Shown here: one piece after another, positions 13,023-27,126 of the stretch
Numbering within the stretch: position 1 is the first letter of the stretch
Layout of the letters: each line of letters begins with the position of its first letter
Assembly (NCBI RefSeq): GCF_006345805.1
Contig: NW_021836127.1
Coordinates: 124,001 to 188,000, forward strand
DNA: 64,000 nucleotides
DNA from: Octopus sinensis
Taxonomy: Eukaryota
Direction of reading: 5' to 3'
The notes under the pieces: model-generated
Databases searched by the model: none
What the model was told of the DNA's origin: nothing
The model's input: the letters and a program-made list of their open reading frames with translations, nothing else
Position numbers and translations under genes: made by a program

Positions 13023-13896
13023 GGTACATATGTAGTAGTTGGCGGCCACTTTTTAGCGAATTTTAAAAAAACTATATTTTTTTTAGTTAAAAAAAATATA
13101 ATTAAAAATAATACAATATAAAAATAATAAAATCCCACGCTACTTTAATTTAAATGAGAAGTGAGGTCAATCTATTCAATCTACCCACAAATATGTCAGA
13201 AGCTATCAATTTCATGCAATCCAGAGGAATCATCCCAAAAAAAAAGTGTGTCGCAACGGACACCAAATGACTTTAAACGTTGGCAGCTCTCCGGCTTGGA
13301 ATTGCTACAGAAGGGGCTGTCGAAGTAAATCGAGTCTAAAAACTGGTATTTATATCATTAAAACTCAACAGGAACGTGGTTAGCAGGAACCAAAGTACCA
13401 TTCGAAGATATAATCCGGTTTGTCTACCTGTGGGCAAAAATATATCTTCTATGGAGATATGCATGGAAAATCTTGGTTGGGCTTCACATACAACCGTGGA
13501 CTGGTCAATGTACATGCGTGAAATTTGCATGCTATCATTGACATCTCGTCTATTGAAAGGTTTCCAATTATATAATTATTCCTTAGAATGTGGAGTAGCG
13601 CCGTATGGCGTAATAGAAAACAAAGGGGAACAGTCAGACAACACCTTAATAGTTATTTTACGGAGTTCATTTGGCGACAGACAGCCAAAAAGAAAGAATT
13701 TGAAACAATCATGGAGTGCATTGCCTTACATTGTCCCCCAGAATCAAAACTAAAATAAAAAAATAATTAATAATTTTGTATAAAAATAATTAATTTTTTT
13801 ATAGTAATATTATTTAAAAAAGGTAATTATCACCAAAAAAAATATAGTTTTTTTAAAATTCGCTAAAAAGTGGCCGCCAACTACTACATATGTACC
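13023..13896 (+). mobile_element. Merlin (IS1016/IS1595-like) DNA transposon, internally deleted
   Basis: About 60-bp near-perfect TIRs starting GGTACATATGTAGTAGTTGGCGGCC; 8-bp TSD GATATTCC (13015-13022, 13897-13904); remnants EAINFMQSRGII..C.NGHQM and HTTVDWSMYMREIC. Confidence 0.88.
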
Positions 13897-14473
13897 GATA
13901 TTCCATTTATAAAGGATTCACATATATCGTATGTATCCTGAAATATATTCTTTTCATATCAGCTTATCATTTAATTGGTTGTACTTGCAAATTATAATTT
14001 CTAGATTCTATTTGTACACTTATTTAATTTTTTTAAGCTGATAAATTAACATTACAAAACCGATTTTAGTGTTACAGTAAACAGAATAAACATAACTATA
14101 GCATTTTGTAAATCCCCATAGATGACACAATCTTTTCAAATAACAAAAGAAAGTAGTTTCTGAAGACGTCATCGCCCTTTAGTCCTGTCAAATCGAGTTT
14201 AACTATTTATTTACTTTTTATCTAAAATCAGTTTATTGAAATCAAAAAGAGTAAATGTACATCAAAAGTTAAAATTTATAATTTTTAAAACTTAAAACAG
14301 TCGGACATTATGATCGTAATTATAAAAAAACATTCATATTTAAACTAGAAAATTATCCTGAATCTAAGCCCTGGATCTTTAGCCTATGTTTATCAACCAG
14401 CTCTATATAATCAATAAATCATAAAAGAAATATCCATATTAAAATAAAACCAAAATAAATTAGTGTAAATAAA

Positions 14474-17400
14474 TTAAACCGAAAGACTAAATATTTGATT
14501 GAAAGAGTTTCCAACAATTTCACGGGCATTTGCATTAGGACAAATCACATCCACAGATGCTGTCTTTTCATAATACGAAACCACAAGTCTTGCTAGTACC
14601 AACATACCATTGTCAAATTTCATCGATAAATGAAACACATTCCGCCCCAAATCGTCAAAATTTACAAACAAGCTAAAAATATTCAACTTCTTCAACTCCG
14701 CTGACAAAATACCTACAAATCAAACACGAATGTAAGCCTTGATCGGGAAATGGAAGTGTGGGTAAATCGATACACGTTTTATAATCAGGCTGCACATTGT
14801 ACCACCATGAATTCTGATAGTTAGCCAAATTTCCACTCGGGGCAAACAAAACTGCCCCGTGTACTAACGTCTGGATAACTCCTTGGTTCATATTGACCAC
14901 AAACTATCTCAATTGTCCAAAAAGTACCTTTGGATAGATTAAAGTCGGAGATTTTGCCATAAAACATTGCTGAAAACTGATTGCTGTCTCAAAAGACACG
15001 TGATTGTGTGAGTTTGATATAACTTGAGGTTGAAACGGTACAATTAGCCCAAAACTGTCAAGGTTGTCAATTTATACAGCTTCAAACCTATTTTCTGAGA
15101 CTGACACGTTTTTAAACACCAACTGCTGTGCTGAACTTCCAAAAATATCCACTTTGGCAATAATAGCTTCCCCTCTACTCCAGAAAACATCCATTCGTAG
15201 AGACCCTGAACTCACTTTACAACTCCAAGACTACAAATCAATCAATCAACTCAAAAACTAACATAATTGGTCCTTTGAACTTGGCTTTGTGCCTTTACTG
15301 ACATGAACATTGAGTCGTCGTGACTGTAGGGAGGCGGATCAACCAACTCGTCCATGTTTGAGCCAAACTCTCCCATTAAATTGAGGGAGGACGGCTCAAT
15401 ATGTGAACTCTGGGGTCGAATGTATTAAAAAACTAATATTAAACTCACATAATACCAAAGAATCATCCAAAATATTATCAGGAGTCGACTCTGATTTTTT
15501 CGTGTTGTGAGGAATTAGAAACTGTTCGTCAAATCCCAGTAAATCATTCAAAAGATTCCCAGATTGACCACTAACACGAACATTGGTTAAATCAGTTGTA
15601 TTATCCTCACGTCTATAAAGGTTTATAAATTCACTAACGTTCTAGAAACAGTTGCCACGCTATTTTCCTGTCCATATGCAAGAGATGGAGGCTTGTGAGT
15701 AATAGAAGCCATGCTTCCAATGTGTTTTATCATTTCACTGAGTAGCTTTGGGTCAAGTGAGTCAATTTTTTCACTTATGGCTGGCTTTGTACTCAAAATA
15801 ATCTCCTTTGCTGCCTCAGGGTCACTCGACAGGAGTCTCCAGTAAATAAATCCCCGATCTCTTAAATCAGGATTTAGACTGTCCTAATGACTATAAAATG
15901 AAGAAATGTACTTTTGTGCACAAATCCAATATTTTCTCTACCAAATCCTGTCCTGACGGATTCTTGAGATAATATTTGACAACTGAAGTCAGTAGTTGTA
16001 GTTGCACCTGTTTTATTCTAGTTTATTAAACAACCTGAATATCCTCGTCAGAGAATGTCTCGATAAATGAGTTTAGTAGTTCATCTGCATTTTCTATTCG
16101 TTCAGAATACTCTCCGACAATCCAAACCATCGCTGCTCTAAAAGTAACCCCTGATAACCCACCTTGACTCTGGTTCATCCAACAAATCAAAATTCTCACA
16201 AAAATTTCCAATTATACTTTCATATTTATTCGGATATTTTCTAAATATATCCTAAACTAGTTATATCCATCAACCCGAATGACTACTATAGCCTCTTGGA
16301 TGATATAATCGACTTTAGACTTTACAAGTTCCTGCAGAGTGAGGACACACTGTTCTGCCACATCGGGGATCTTAATGGCACAACAACCAATGGCACGGAC
16401 CGACTTTCTTACAAAGTCAATGTCTACTCCTGTGGCGTACCTGAACAGTCATAAACTCACACAAACTCCTTCAATTCAGGCAGAACTCGGCTTATGTTGT
16501 CAATGTTAGTCAGACGTGTTATAATCTCCAGTTTCTCTAATTTTACATAAATCATGTCGTTGTATTTGACAAAGAAATTTGCGACTTCATTACACAACAC
16601 GTTTGGCCTGAAATTTTTAGGGTGGTTAACCTCTTTTGTAGGATTAGATTAATGTTACGTAACCCCACATATTGGATCTCTGAGGGGGCGGAAAGCATAG
16701 TTATGAGAGGATTTGACAGTTTTTTGTCACACGAGCTTAGAAATTCTCATCAGTCAGTCGTTCCATCATCCTCATCATCACTTTAATTGTCGACAGAACA
16801 ACTCCTGCATTCGAATGAGACAACCTCTGAGTAACACGTTCACAAATTCTATATTAATTCCAATGTGGCTACGTTTTGGCCTCTTTTTCTGTGCTTGGTT
16901 GATAGGCGGAGATATAATCCAAAATAGTGATCTGTCCCCATTCTGTACACTCGTTGAGAGCATTCATCAACAGATTAAGTTCACTTTGGGATATTTCTGC
17001 ATTCTTTCCCAAGGAAATCTGCTGCATCTCAGACATGGTGGCCACAGCATTAGCCACGACCTACACAATCAGATAACAGACCACCATAGAATTGGAATCT
17101 GTGAGGTAAGACTTTATATTTGAGAAGCCTTGGTCTTCTACTAGTTTAGGATTCAGTTTGTAGAGTTTTCCAATGCAAAGAACTGCAGTTTTCCTTACAT
17201 AGGGATCACTGTCCTTTAGACATTTACGAAGTGGGTCACATAAATATTCTGTCACACAATTCACATTCATACAAGCCATAGTTCTGATTGCAAGGGCACG
17301 AACGAGGGGAAATGGCTCGTTTGTGTCCTAAAATGAGTGGTGGGATATGACTTTGACAAATGAATTGACTGCCATTATAGCCATGTCGGGGTTTGAGTGG

Positions 17401-17720
17401 GAATAGTTTAACAGATATATATAAACCAGTTTTTTTAATTCCAAATCAGAGGTTTGACTGCAATTCAAAACGTCAACAAACAGGGAACTAAATTACACAC
17501 GTCAGTTATTTTGAAAAAATGTTTTTATTCAAAATATGTCAAGTATGTGATATTTTTGTACCTTACATCTTTTCCTGTGGTCATGAAAAATATCACTTTC
17601 TTTACAGCGTCCTTTCTTTTAAAAGGTTTATCGCTGGTTAATTCTGATTTTATTTCATTTAATTCGCCTATATTTGTTAAATATATATTTTCAACTGTTT
17701 TTGGCGTATGTTGAGGACAT
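14474..17720 (-). CDS. AP1B1: AP-1/AP-2 complex beta-adaptin, multi-exon (AP1B1 and AP2B1 not distinguishable); one apparent frameshift near 16750
   Basis: Spliced translation: [78 protein letters not shown], followed by C-terminal ear domains. Confidence 0.95.
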
Positions 17721-18135
17721 TGGTTTTACACCAGGTTAACGAGAAGATTAATTAGATATTTATTTGATAATTTAAATATTGAATAACGTAAATCTTTATC
17801 AATATATTTAATAATTTAAAAAAAAGAAAAGAAATAATAATAATTAACCGGCGTCCTGGTATTCTCAGTCAAACATAACTTTTGGTTTAAACTTTCAAGC
17901 CTGTCATCTCCGGGTGTTTGATTATTCCTAATTTTTTCCAAAATTGATTCAAATAATATTTTTATTATAATTGAAAATAATATTTTTTTATTTGGAAAAC
18001 CGAATTTAAAAAAATAAATAAAATTATATATCACTTTCATTTGTAACCTGTATTGTACGTACTGTCCGCGTCTCTCTTATTCAAAAAAATTTCAATTTTT
18101 TCCCACCCAAAATTTCAGAAATAAAATATTAACAA
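17721..18135. promoter_or_regulatory. Putative bidirectional promoter between beta-adaptin and INTS1
   Basis: 415 bp between two divergent start codons. No specific motifs proven. Confidence 0.5.
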
Positions 18136-21100
18136 ATGACAGACCGTAAAGTTTATAATAAAAAAAGATTTACAAAACAAGGTTTTTTGGATAAAAACAA
18201 TTTTTTACTATTTTCATAGAAATCAAGAAAAACACAGAATTTATAGCACTCGGTAGATCCTAAATTATTTATAAATAAACAGGAACAAAAATAAACTCAA
18301 AAACATCAGAAAAACTTTTCAAATCCTCGGATTTCACTCCACACATAAAACAAAGCGACAACACCTCAGGATTAAAGAACAAAACTAAAATTGACTTAGA
18401 TTTAGGCTCAGATTCTTTTGGTGTTTTCAATTTTGTTATTTTTAAGTCAACCCTTCCGACCTTATGAAGGAAGCCGACGCTGCCTCGTCCGAACACGCGA
18501 AAAAGATTGCAATTTTGTGTGGAAAAGCAATTCTTTTCCGGTCAGATTTGAATTTCTTTTTCCCTCTGTTTTTTATTGCAAAAAAATATTCCGATATTTT
18601 TCTGGACGAAGAAATATTGAATGTTTGTTTTTTGAGTTTATTTTTGATTTAGTTACTTAAAGATTTGATAAAAAGAGGCGGGAAAAATAGCGAATTGGAA
18701 ACAATTTGTTCTCTGAATGTGATTTTCTGGACTTTAAATAACGTCCAGGAATGGCCTGTTTTTCTTATGGAGGTTTATTTTTTTTATAATTATAAATGTA
18801 GTATTTTCTAGACGATTTTTTATCTGATGATCGCTGGTGTGAGTTGAAACAATGTCAGGGACTGGTCTCTAATCTAATTTCCTCATTCGAACCTATCCAC
18901 CACGCTTTTCAACTCCCAAACCTCATAACCTATCGTCCCTGTATTGTCTAGTAAAACCAATTTCCTAGTATCTATCCAAAGTACCCTCATTTCATCATTT
19001 AATATTTTCCTCGAATCTATGGTCCCTTTTGACAGATATTTAACCACACGGAAACAAGTCGGGGACTTTGTAGTCAGTGCCCTAAGCAGAAATACAAGAG
19101 AGACTACCCCAGCTATGGTAAAATTGGTTGGACTGACGGCTTGTCATGATTCTGTCAAACACTTTTTGTCAGCTTGTTTGGAGCAATGGATTCAGTCCAC
19201 AAAGGCATTGACAGTTTTGTTTACTCTTAGCTTGTCCCTTTAATATTTGAGGCATTTGATGCGTGTTGTATGGCAAAGTGGGAGAATGTCGATTGTGATT
19301 ATTTTCGCGAGTTTATTAAAAATGTCATAAAAATCCGTTTCAAAGCAACTCAGCTGACGTTGGTTGAATCGTCTTTTAAGTTATTTTTTGTATTAAAAAT
19401 ATTTTAGAAAATTATTGGCGGTAAATGGCGATTATTTTGGCCAAATGACGAATTTTATTATTAAATGTGAGGCCAAATCGTTCAGAACTTGCGGAGGGCA
19501 TTTGATTGGTCACTGCTTGTTTGTGAATAGAGAAATATCAACTGATGTATATCTTTGTAATTTACGATTTTAGTGTCTTGTTGATTTTTTTGTGAATTAT
19601 TTGTTCGATAACTCTCAAATTGCTCTTATCAATTTGATTCGAGATTTCCTCAAGCTGCCGCTTTTCAGTGATAACTTTACTTTGCTTTATTCAAAATTGT
19701 TGCTCAGATCGAATGGTCCTGGTTGCATATCGACTTTCTCTTATCATTCATTTGAGGAATACTGCGACATGATTGTTGAAATAGGGTGCTGTGCGATGAA
19801 TGTATTTAGCTCATCCACAAACCTTAAAAGTATTGACTTTTTTATTATTTTTATTAAATTGATTAAATATACTAATTTCAGGATATGGGAAATACATTAA
19901 TACAGTCCGTCAAAGTGTCCTTGAATGGCTAAAAAATATTTCTCTGTCCATTCCTGAATTGTGTAAATCACGTTTTGAGACATGGTTGGTATTTTAGCTT
20001 TAATTTAAAGGATTAAGCGAATTTTCTGCTATGAAGAAATTTGTCGTTACAACTTTTTTACGGACAATTTAAATATAGATTCAAATGGTTATTTATTGAT
20101 TTACTTAACTATTTTAGGTCGATTGGAAATTTGTTTAGTTTCCTCGAATTTGTTAGAAAATTTATTGCTAATTGCCAATAATCCAGTCAAATTGATTAGT
20201 CCCAACGTTGTCCAGGATATTATATTATATTGGCTCATTTTTGCTGAGACTAGCCGGTTTAGTGATTTAAATATTTTATTTAGATCAAACCAAGACTTAC
20301 TTAATGTTGAATATGTACTGGAACTTGTTTTTGACCTTTCATTATATACTCCTCCAATGTAGAATGTTTATTTGTAATATATAAGGGAGACTATCCAAGA
20401 CCTGGAGCGTAGATTTGCTGTCTCTGATCTGTATTGGAGTAGTTGGATGATTGCAATGATTTTGGTAATTTTCTATGCTAAGGATCCGGCCAAATTGGTC
20501 GCAAAGTTCCCCACATTGAGTTCTCTAGTCGAGTTGGTCATATCAGAGTTTTGAATTCCTAAAATTAATATTTTAGTGATTCCTCGGCAATATTTCCTCT
20601 CGAATCTCAGGTTTTATTATTTGAAAATTATTTCTCAGATTCGAGAGCAGGAAATTGTGGATATACTTAATTTAGAGAACAAACTTGCAGGAGAGACAAT
20701 TAACGACCAAAACAGCCACCTCAAAGATTATTTAACTTATTTCAATGTCTAGTATCCAAGCCTATAAAATGATATTTTAGTGGACCAGCGAGACTACCTT
20801 CGTTGAAATTTCGTGCTTTGCTTGATAAAGTTAGAAAGTTGTTAAAACTCGATCATTATATAATCGAAATGAACAACCATTCGTTATTTGTTGAGATTAT
20901 AAATAAAACAGAAGTAATTTTAACAAATATATTTTAGAATCTATCCCGATGTAATGCAATGGTAGACAGTGCCATCAAAATTGATTGTGAGATCACACAA
21001 ATCCTGGATTGTTCATTTCTCATATCATATCTCGTTTTCAAAGTAACACGTGACTGCAAGGATTTTGTATTTTTGTTTAAATAATGAATTAGAGTCTCCC

Positions 21101-24100
21101 TCAGTGTTATTTGCCATTGCTCGTGAATTTAAATGCTCGATGCTGCTGTGATTCGTCGTCGGTCATTCACCATCTTTTTGAATTGTTTACTTTTTTGAGT
21201 CTGCCCGACGAAAGTGATAGATTTCATTCGATTTTGGTATTTTGGCCATATTTGACTTGAGGTACTCGATTTGATATTTGCTGGTGACGTGACGGCAGAA
21301 CACGGAAGTTTTATTTCACAGCTCGAACTGAAATCGTTTTTCGTGGAATGTAAACCAATGATTGTGCGATACATATTCAAGGTTGATAAAATTCACTAAA
21401 TAAAAATATTAGGCAATTTATTCTGAAACGAATAAACAAATGCTAATGAAATATTTGTTCTTTTTGTCGAATCATATATCCATTGTTGGAACTGAAATAA
21501 ATGTTTTGTACATTTCATTATTTTAGTCCCTTACTGATTGGATTATCTCCCATCATATTGTTTTTGATCAACCCCGTCATCATTTAACCAATGAAGTAAT
21601 CCTCAGTCTAGAGAAGGTATATCTCGGGGCGTACCAAGTCATCAAAAACAATGTTAGTTTATTTTTATTTGTTAATTATATTTTCATATGGTGTATTTAT
21701 TTTAGAGAGAGAATGGAAATTCCGATTTTCTAGCTGTTTTTGTTTTTTTGGCTTGTTTAAAGAATTCTGATGGAGAATTAAGTGATTGTTTACAAGATGC
21801 GTGTTTTTCTGAACTAATTTTTCCTCAGTGGCTGGGTATAAAAGTCTTTTTTTCTCACTTAAAAATACTTTATTTTACAGGTTTTAATAGTTTTTAATTT
21901 AATTATTTAATAGTACTTAAATCAATGGATAATGAGACGTGCATAAGACTTCTTTGTTGTAATTTACTCCCAGATTATAAAATTGAATTATTACTACAAA
22001 AATTGGAGCAGAATCGTCATATAGAAGTACATAACGTTCCAATAATATCACAAATTGTACAAAATTGGCAAAATAGAAATAATTCTAAGCTTGGAAGTCA
22101 ATTTATTAACATTTCTACATTCAAAAATAGTTGTTTATCGAGTAATACTTATCAAGTTAGTATTATAGCTAATAAAGACGACACCCACATGGAAATGGAG
22201 TCACATAATGAAAACAAATTAATTTCTGTATTTTATATCAAAAATATTATTTTCAGATAATAAATAATTCGTTTAATGACCATTCAAAGTCAGATTTTAT
22301 TAGTTGTATTACTGTATATTTTTGATTATGATTAATTTTAGGACGAGTCGAGAGGGGCTTATGTGCTTAAGGATATATTGGAGGTTCACCATTTTGTAAA
22401 AAAATCTATTTTAGGCGGTTAATGAACTTGGAATAAAATTATTTGAATTTATCGAGAACCTTGATAACATTGCAGGCATTAAAGTGTCTACATTATGTGT
22501 AGATGTATTATTTAATTATATTGTAAGTATATATTGACTCTTTCACTAATTTAATAGTATGAAGAATATTGGGCGGAATTGGTTTCCGAGTTGCTTATGA
22601 ATTCCGAAACCAATTCGAATTTGTCATTAAAAATAAGAACTAAGCTAATCAAGTATCGACTTGACCCTGAATCCTTTCTTTCTAACGGAGAAATATTTGG
22701 TTTGTTGATTAAATAATATTATTTTGACGACGAAGTGGTTGATGTACAGCTGTGTAAAATGGAATGCGAGGAGGACGTAAATTCATCGAGTTTAGAGAGG
22801 ATATGGAACGAGGGTATTCCTTTAGAAGAGCAGAAATGGAAATTCAACCAACTTCTATCAACAGAGAAATTGGAGGATTTGATTGAATTCGCAGCCAAAA
22901 TTGTTTTCCGTCAAAAAGAATTATCACATAAATATTTAATCGGTTTTATACAAACAATATTTGAACGAGCACAGGTTTTTGTGTAATGTTTATATTACTA
23001 AGAGTGCTAAAATTGAGTGGAGTTTGTGTAAACGAATTCGTCTCGACTATTTGTTGTGGCATTTTATTCGTGCATGTGAGGAAGCTTGTAGTCCTGATTT
23101 AATAAACGCACATTTCACGTTATTATATAGCATTGCAGAATATGATCTGGAGTCACTCAAACTTTGTATATCACAAACTGATAAGTATTGTCTAATTACG
23201 TAATAACTTAGTCCGGGTATCAAAAATAGTCTTTATTCTCTTGCATATATTCGAGCACCTTCTAAATTCCCGCCAAAGTTGTATTCTCAGTCAAATATAA
23301 AAGTATTTTGATTTTTGTTTTGCTAGACTGCTGATTTGTTTATTCGACGGCTTTTAGTTTTGCTTTCCAAACCCGAGACTGGACTAAGAGCCAAAAATCG
23401 AATGCAAAAAGCTTCTCTTTTGTGTAGAAAAATAATCAAATCTTACCCTCAGTTATTCTTAAGGTGAGATTTGTGTACTATTCTGTAAAGATACTTGACT
23501 TTGTTGGGATCCCTAATTTGTGGGCGGGGTAATTTTACATTCAACGAACTCACATCAAAGCATATTTATCATTTTTTTGCACATGTCGTTGGCTTATTGG
23601 ACTATTCGTTGACATTACCTCTGAATATTAACCCAGAGGCAGTCTGCCGGATATTCGATGCTTTTATTATGCTAATTAAAGTATGTTTTAATTTCTATGA
23701 ATATTTATTAACATTTGTTTCAAATTTATAAAAATGCAAATATATTTTTATTATAATACAAAATATGTTTAGACTCAATTGGAGACTAAAAATCCACAAG
23801 GAATAAACGGAATCAAATCAATCGTAGTTAAATTTGTTTATTTGGTAAAGCGACTGCTCTACATGCATCCTCGTGAGACAATTACGACTGCAAAGTTGGC
23901 TTTTCCATGCCTCAAGTTGATTTGCTATAAAGTAATTAAATATTTAGAGAATATATTAACTCTATTTGTCATCCGGGGAGTCTTCTTTCTGAAGTCAATG
24001 CCCTTGAAGTGGCTATATCCATTGATACACGTGGTTCAAATTATTTGAATATTTTTTCTCGCCGGCTGACATTAAAGAAAGACTTGATTCCTAAATTTAG

Positions 24101-24567
24101 TTTTGATTTAAGGAAATCATATAGAGGTATATTTAAACTACTATTTTTTAGATTTTTATAGAAGTTTGCAAGAATTAGATAATATTTCTAAACGCAGGGT
24201 TGACGTCCTTTCCGATATGCAGGTTTTTGCTTTTTGGATAAAATTTAGCCCGAATTGGTGGAATTTTGTAGAAATTCTACAAAACAAGTTCAAAAATTAA
24301 GTTCTCGGTTACTTTCTCGTCAGTTGATGACAAATCCGAATGAAAGACTTGGAAGAGAGTACATAGGTCAACGACTTGATCAAATGGTCAATGAAAGTGC
24401 TAGTTTTGCTGAGATAATGGTTGTTTGTGGGGGTTTTATGGTTTTTTCATAAATTGATAGAGTCGAGCCCAGAATATGTTACTGCTTTATGTGATTTAGC
24501 CATAAGACGGAGCCGGACTATTTCTTTGGGGGACACTATAAGGACGTGTGGACTCAAATTTAATTGA
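18136..24567 (+). CDS. INTS1: Integrator complex subunit 1, multi-exon
   Basis: Spliced fragments match INTS1 landmarks recalled from the human protein: EFIALGTK, LFFIAKKYSDIF, LEQWIQSTKL, NVIKIRFK, ASLLCRKIIKSYPQLFLRYLTLLGSLICGRGNFTFNE...HVVGLL and PEYVTALC. Stop TGA at 24565-24567. Confidence 0.87.
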
Positions 24568-26419
24568 CAATGTGTTTTTATTACCAATATAATTGAATTT
24601 TTACTTTTTACAATTCTAAATTTTGTTTTAACAAAATGTATATTACTGAATTATTATACTCGGTCAACTTGTTTCATGCTATAAATGGATATGCCATTTC
24701 TTTATACAACTGCTACATTGGACTAATCAATATTGATATTCTAGTGATCGTCAAATACAAGTTCCAACAACTTTCAGACTGCATCTCAAACCTGCAAATA
24801 AAGAAAGGTTATATCTAAATCAAAAGTCTTTAAAAGGGGACTTGCCTCGGTTTCTTTAAAAGTGAACTGATGCTCCTCAAGTTCCTGAAAAGTCTAAAAC
24901 GACAGTCGTCAGTATGCTTACGGAAAAAAATTGGTTTAAAGTTGCTTTTCTTCTGTATCGAAGATCCTAAACTTGAGTTAAAATTTTTTGAAGTAGTGTA
25001 TTTGTCTATTTAAATTAGGCTCAGCACAATCTTAATCACTTTGGACCTGACGAATTGTACAGTTTATTAACACTCACTATTTATGGTGCTAGACGTACTG
25101 TTTTGACTTTTGTGGTATCTAAATATGTTTATTTTCATGTAAATTATTAGTTTTATTAATTTTAGTCGAAACAATTTCTTGCGAATAAACAGTAATAATG
25201 TCTATTATCATCCACGAGTGCATCAAAACAGGGGCTTTTAACTTTTTTAAGAGGTTTTCAACTTTTTTTACTCGTAATTTTGTTTGACCTCCGAAATATT
25301 TATTAAAACCCCTTAAAACATTTTTATATAGAACAGACTATCCATAATGAAATAGAATTCTACTAACTATTTAAAATAAATTCACTGTTAACATTCAAAT
25401 CTACAATAAAAACAATTAAATACTAATATGACCCCATGACTGATGTTTTTGCACAGCAATTTGATATCTGACTTATTTGTGTTATTTTTAAACAAATATC
25501 TCATCAATGGACACATTTTTTCATTCTTTATTTACAATTCGATGTAGAATGCTAAATCCACATTCAACAAAGTATGATGTCGGAAAATAGAGCAGAAATT
25601 GTGCTATTTTGTTTCACAATTCATATTTTGCCAAAAAATAACCGACGTTTATGGATCATTATAGTATAGTTTTAATTCTGCATTGAATTTTAACAGAATT
25701 ATTTTTCTTAAATATTTCCTTTTTTTCTCCAGGATTTGATAACAAAAGAATTAATCATCCAAGATGGAATTTCTAATTTAAAGAATATTCTAAATTTTAG
25801 TATTGAACCTTAAGAATACATTCAACTTAGATTAAGCTCGGAAATGAGGAAGGAAAACCAATTCTGAAGAAATTCATCATATTGTGATGCACAATGATTT
25901 TACAAGTGGGAGCATACTATATTCAAAATCAGATGGGAGGAATACGTACACAAGTAGCTAAAATAAAAGGCCTAAAGAGTGGCATGTTACGTATTCGAAT
26001 TTCAAATCTCAAACAAACATGGTTTTATTTTTTGCCATTTCTTTTCTGATTAAATTTTTTTCAGTGTCTATAATAATCCAAACAATACTTTTTGGTAACA
26101 TTAGCAATTTAGAGATTTCTCTAAAACTTTAACCTCTTTGGTAGGCCGTTACAACTTGTTTTATGTCCAAAGAATGATCTTTTTTCGTCGACATGATAAT
26201 TTTAATAATGAGCTAAAAATGAACGTGTATTTTTACTAATCAGAATCTATTAATGAATTTTATTGAAATTACGGCTAATTAATCATTTCACAAAAAGAAG
26301 CTACACAAAGATAATCATTCATATCTTATTGCAGAAAAAAATTCAATATTTTTTTGATAGTCCCATCACTTTTTTCTACATAAAATTTGACATTTTTCAA
26401 TTAAAGTGCAGTTTTTTGT

Positions 26420-26740
26420 GGTACTTCCAACATTCCTCGGCTGCCCTCTCAGCCCATCTGGGCCCACCTGGCGAAGAAGGACCAGGAATTCCGTGACCTA
26501 GCAAACAGGTTTTTGACACTATAATCGCACATCGTCTTCTTCTTCATAAAATGCAGCATACACATGCCGAAACGGCTATACACGCTCCGCTGCCTGCTAT
26601 TCCCATCTTGACATACTATCTTCCATGGAAAACGCCCTGAAATCTTCGACGGAGGCAGTTCTGAACATCCCCACTTTTCCTCAATATCCAGAAGCCGTCA
26701 GCTAGTCCAACAGGCTCGTTATACGTTATATACCTTGTTG
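26420..26740 (+). mobile_element. CRE-type post-RT fragment
   Basis: SHIVFFFIKC..MPKRLYTLRC and DILSSMENALKSSTEAVLNI across frameshifts. Confidence 0.55.
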
Positions 26741-27025
26741 GTTGGGAATCCTACGAGTGATAAAAACAAATAAATGGTACTTGAATATAATTGGAGGATT
26801 TCTCGCCTCCAAGTATGCAATTCTCTACATGAAGAATATGGATGTTGTGCTTATCAAAATGCTCAAAGAAATTACCGTATTTTCTCGATTATAACACGCA
26901 AATTTTTGTTATATAAATAATTCCAATATATGGGATGAGTTTTATAATTAATAACTAAAATAAATTGCAAATTTTCAAAAATAGCATTGTCAAACTAACT
27001 TTGACGTACCGACATTGTGCAGTTT

Positions 27026-27126
27026 CCAATTCAACTCAATTCAAAAATTCCATTTTTGTTTGTTTTTAACATTTATTTATAAAAAATATTGTTTCGATAT
27101 TATTACAGTATTTTACTTTGAATACA
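27026..27126 (+). pseudogene. Captured exon-intron-exon fragment of the TBC1D24-like gene
   Basis: Ungapped match to 9106-9206, 93/101 identical by manual count. It includes the 23-nt intron, whose acceptor AG has become AT. Confidence 0.85.

Noticed and set aside
16738-16742. In-frame TAA in beta-adaptin suggesting an alternative genetic code
   Set aside because: All other exons read cleanly in the standard code, and genes end in TAA/TGA. Read-through would not restore the downstream frame.
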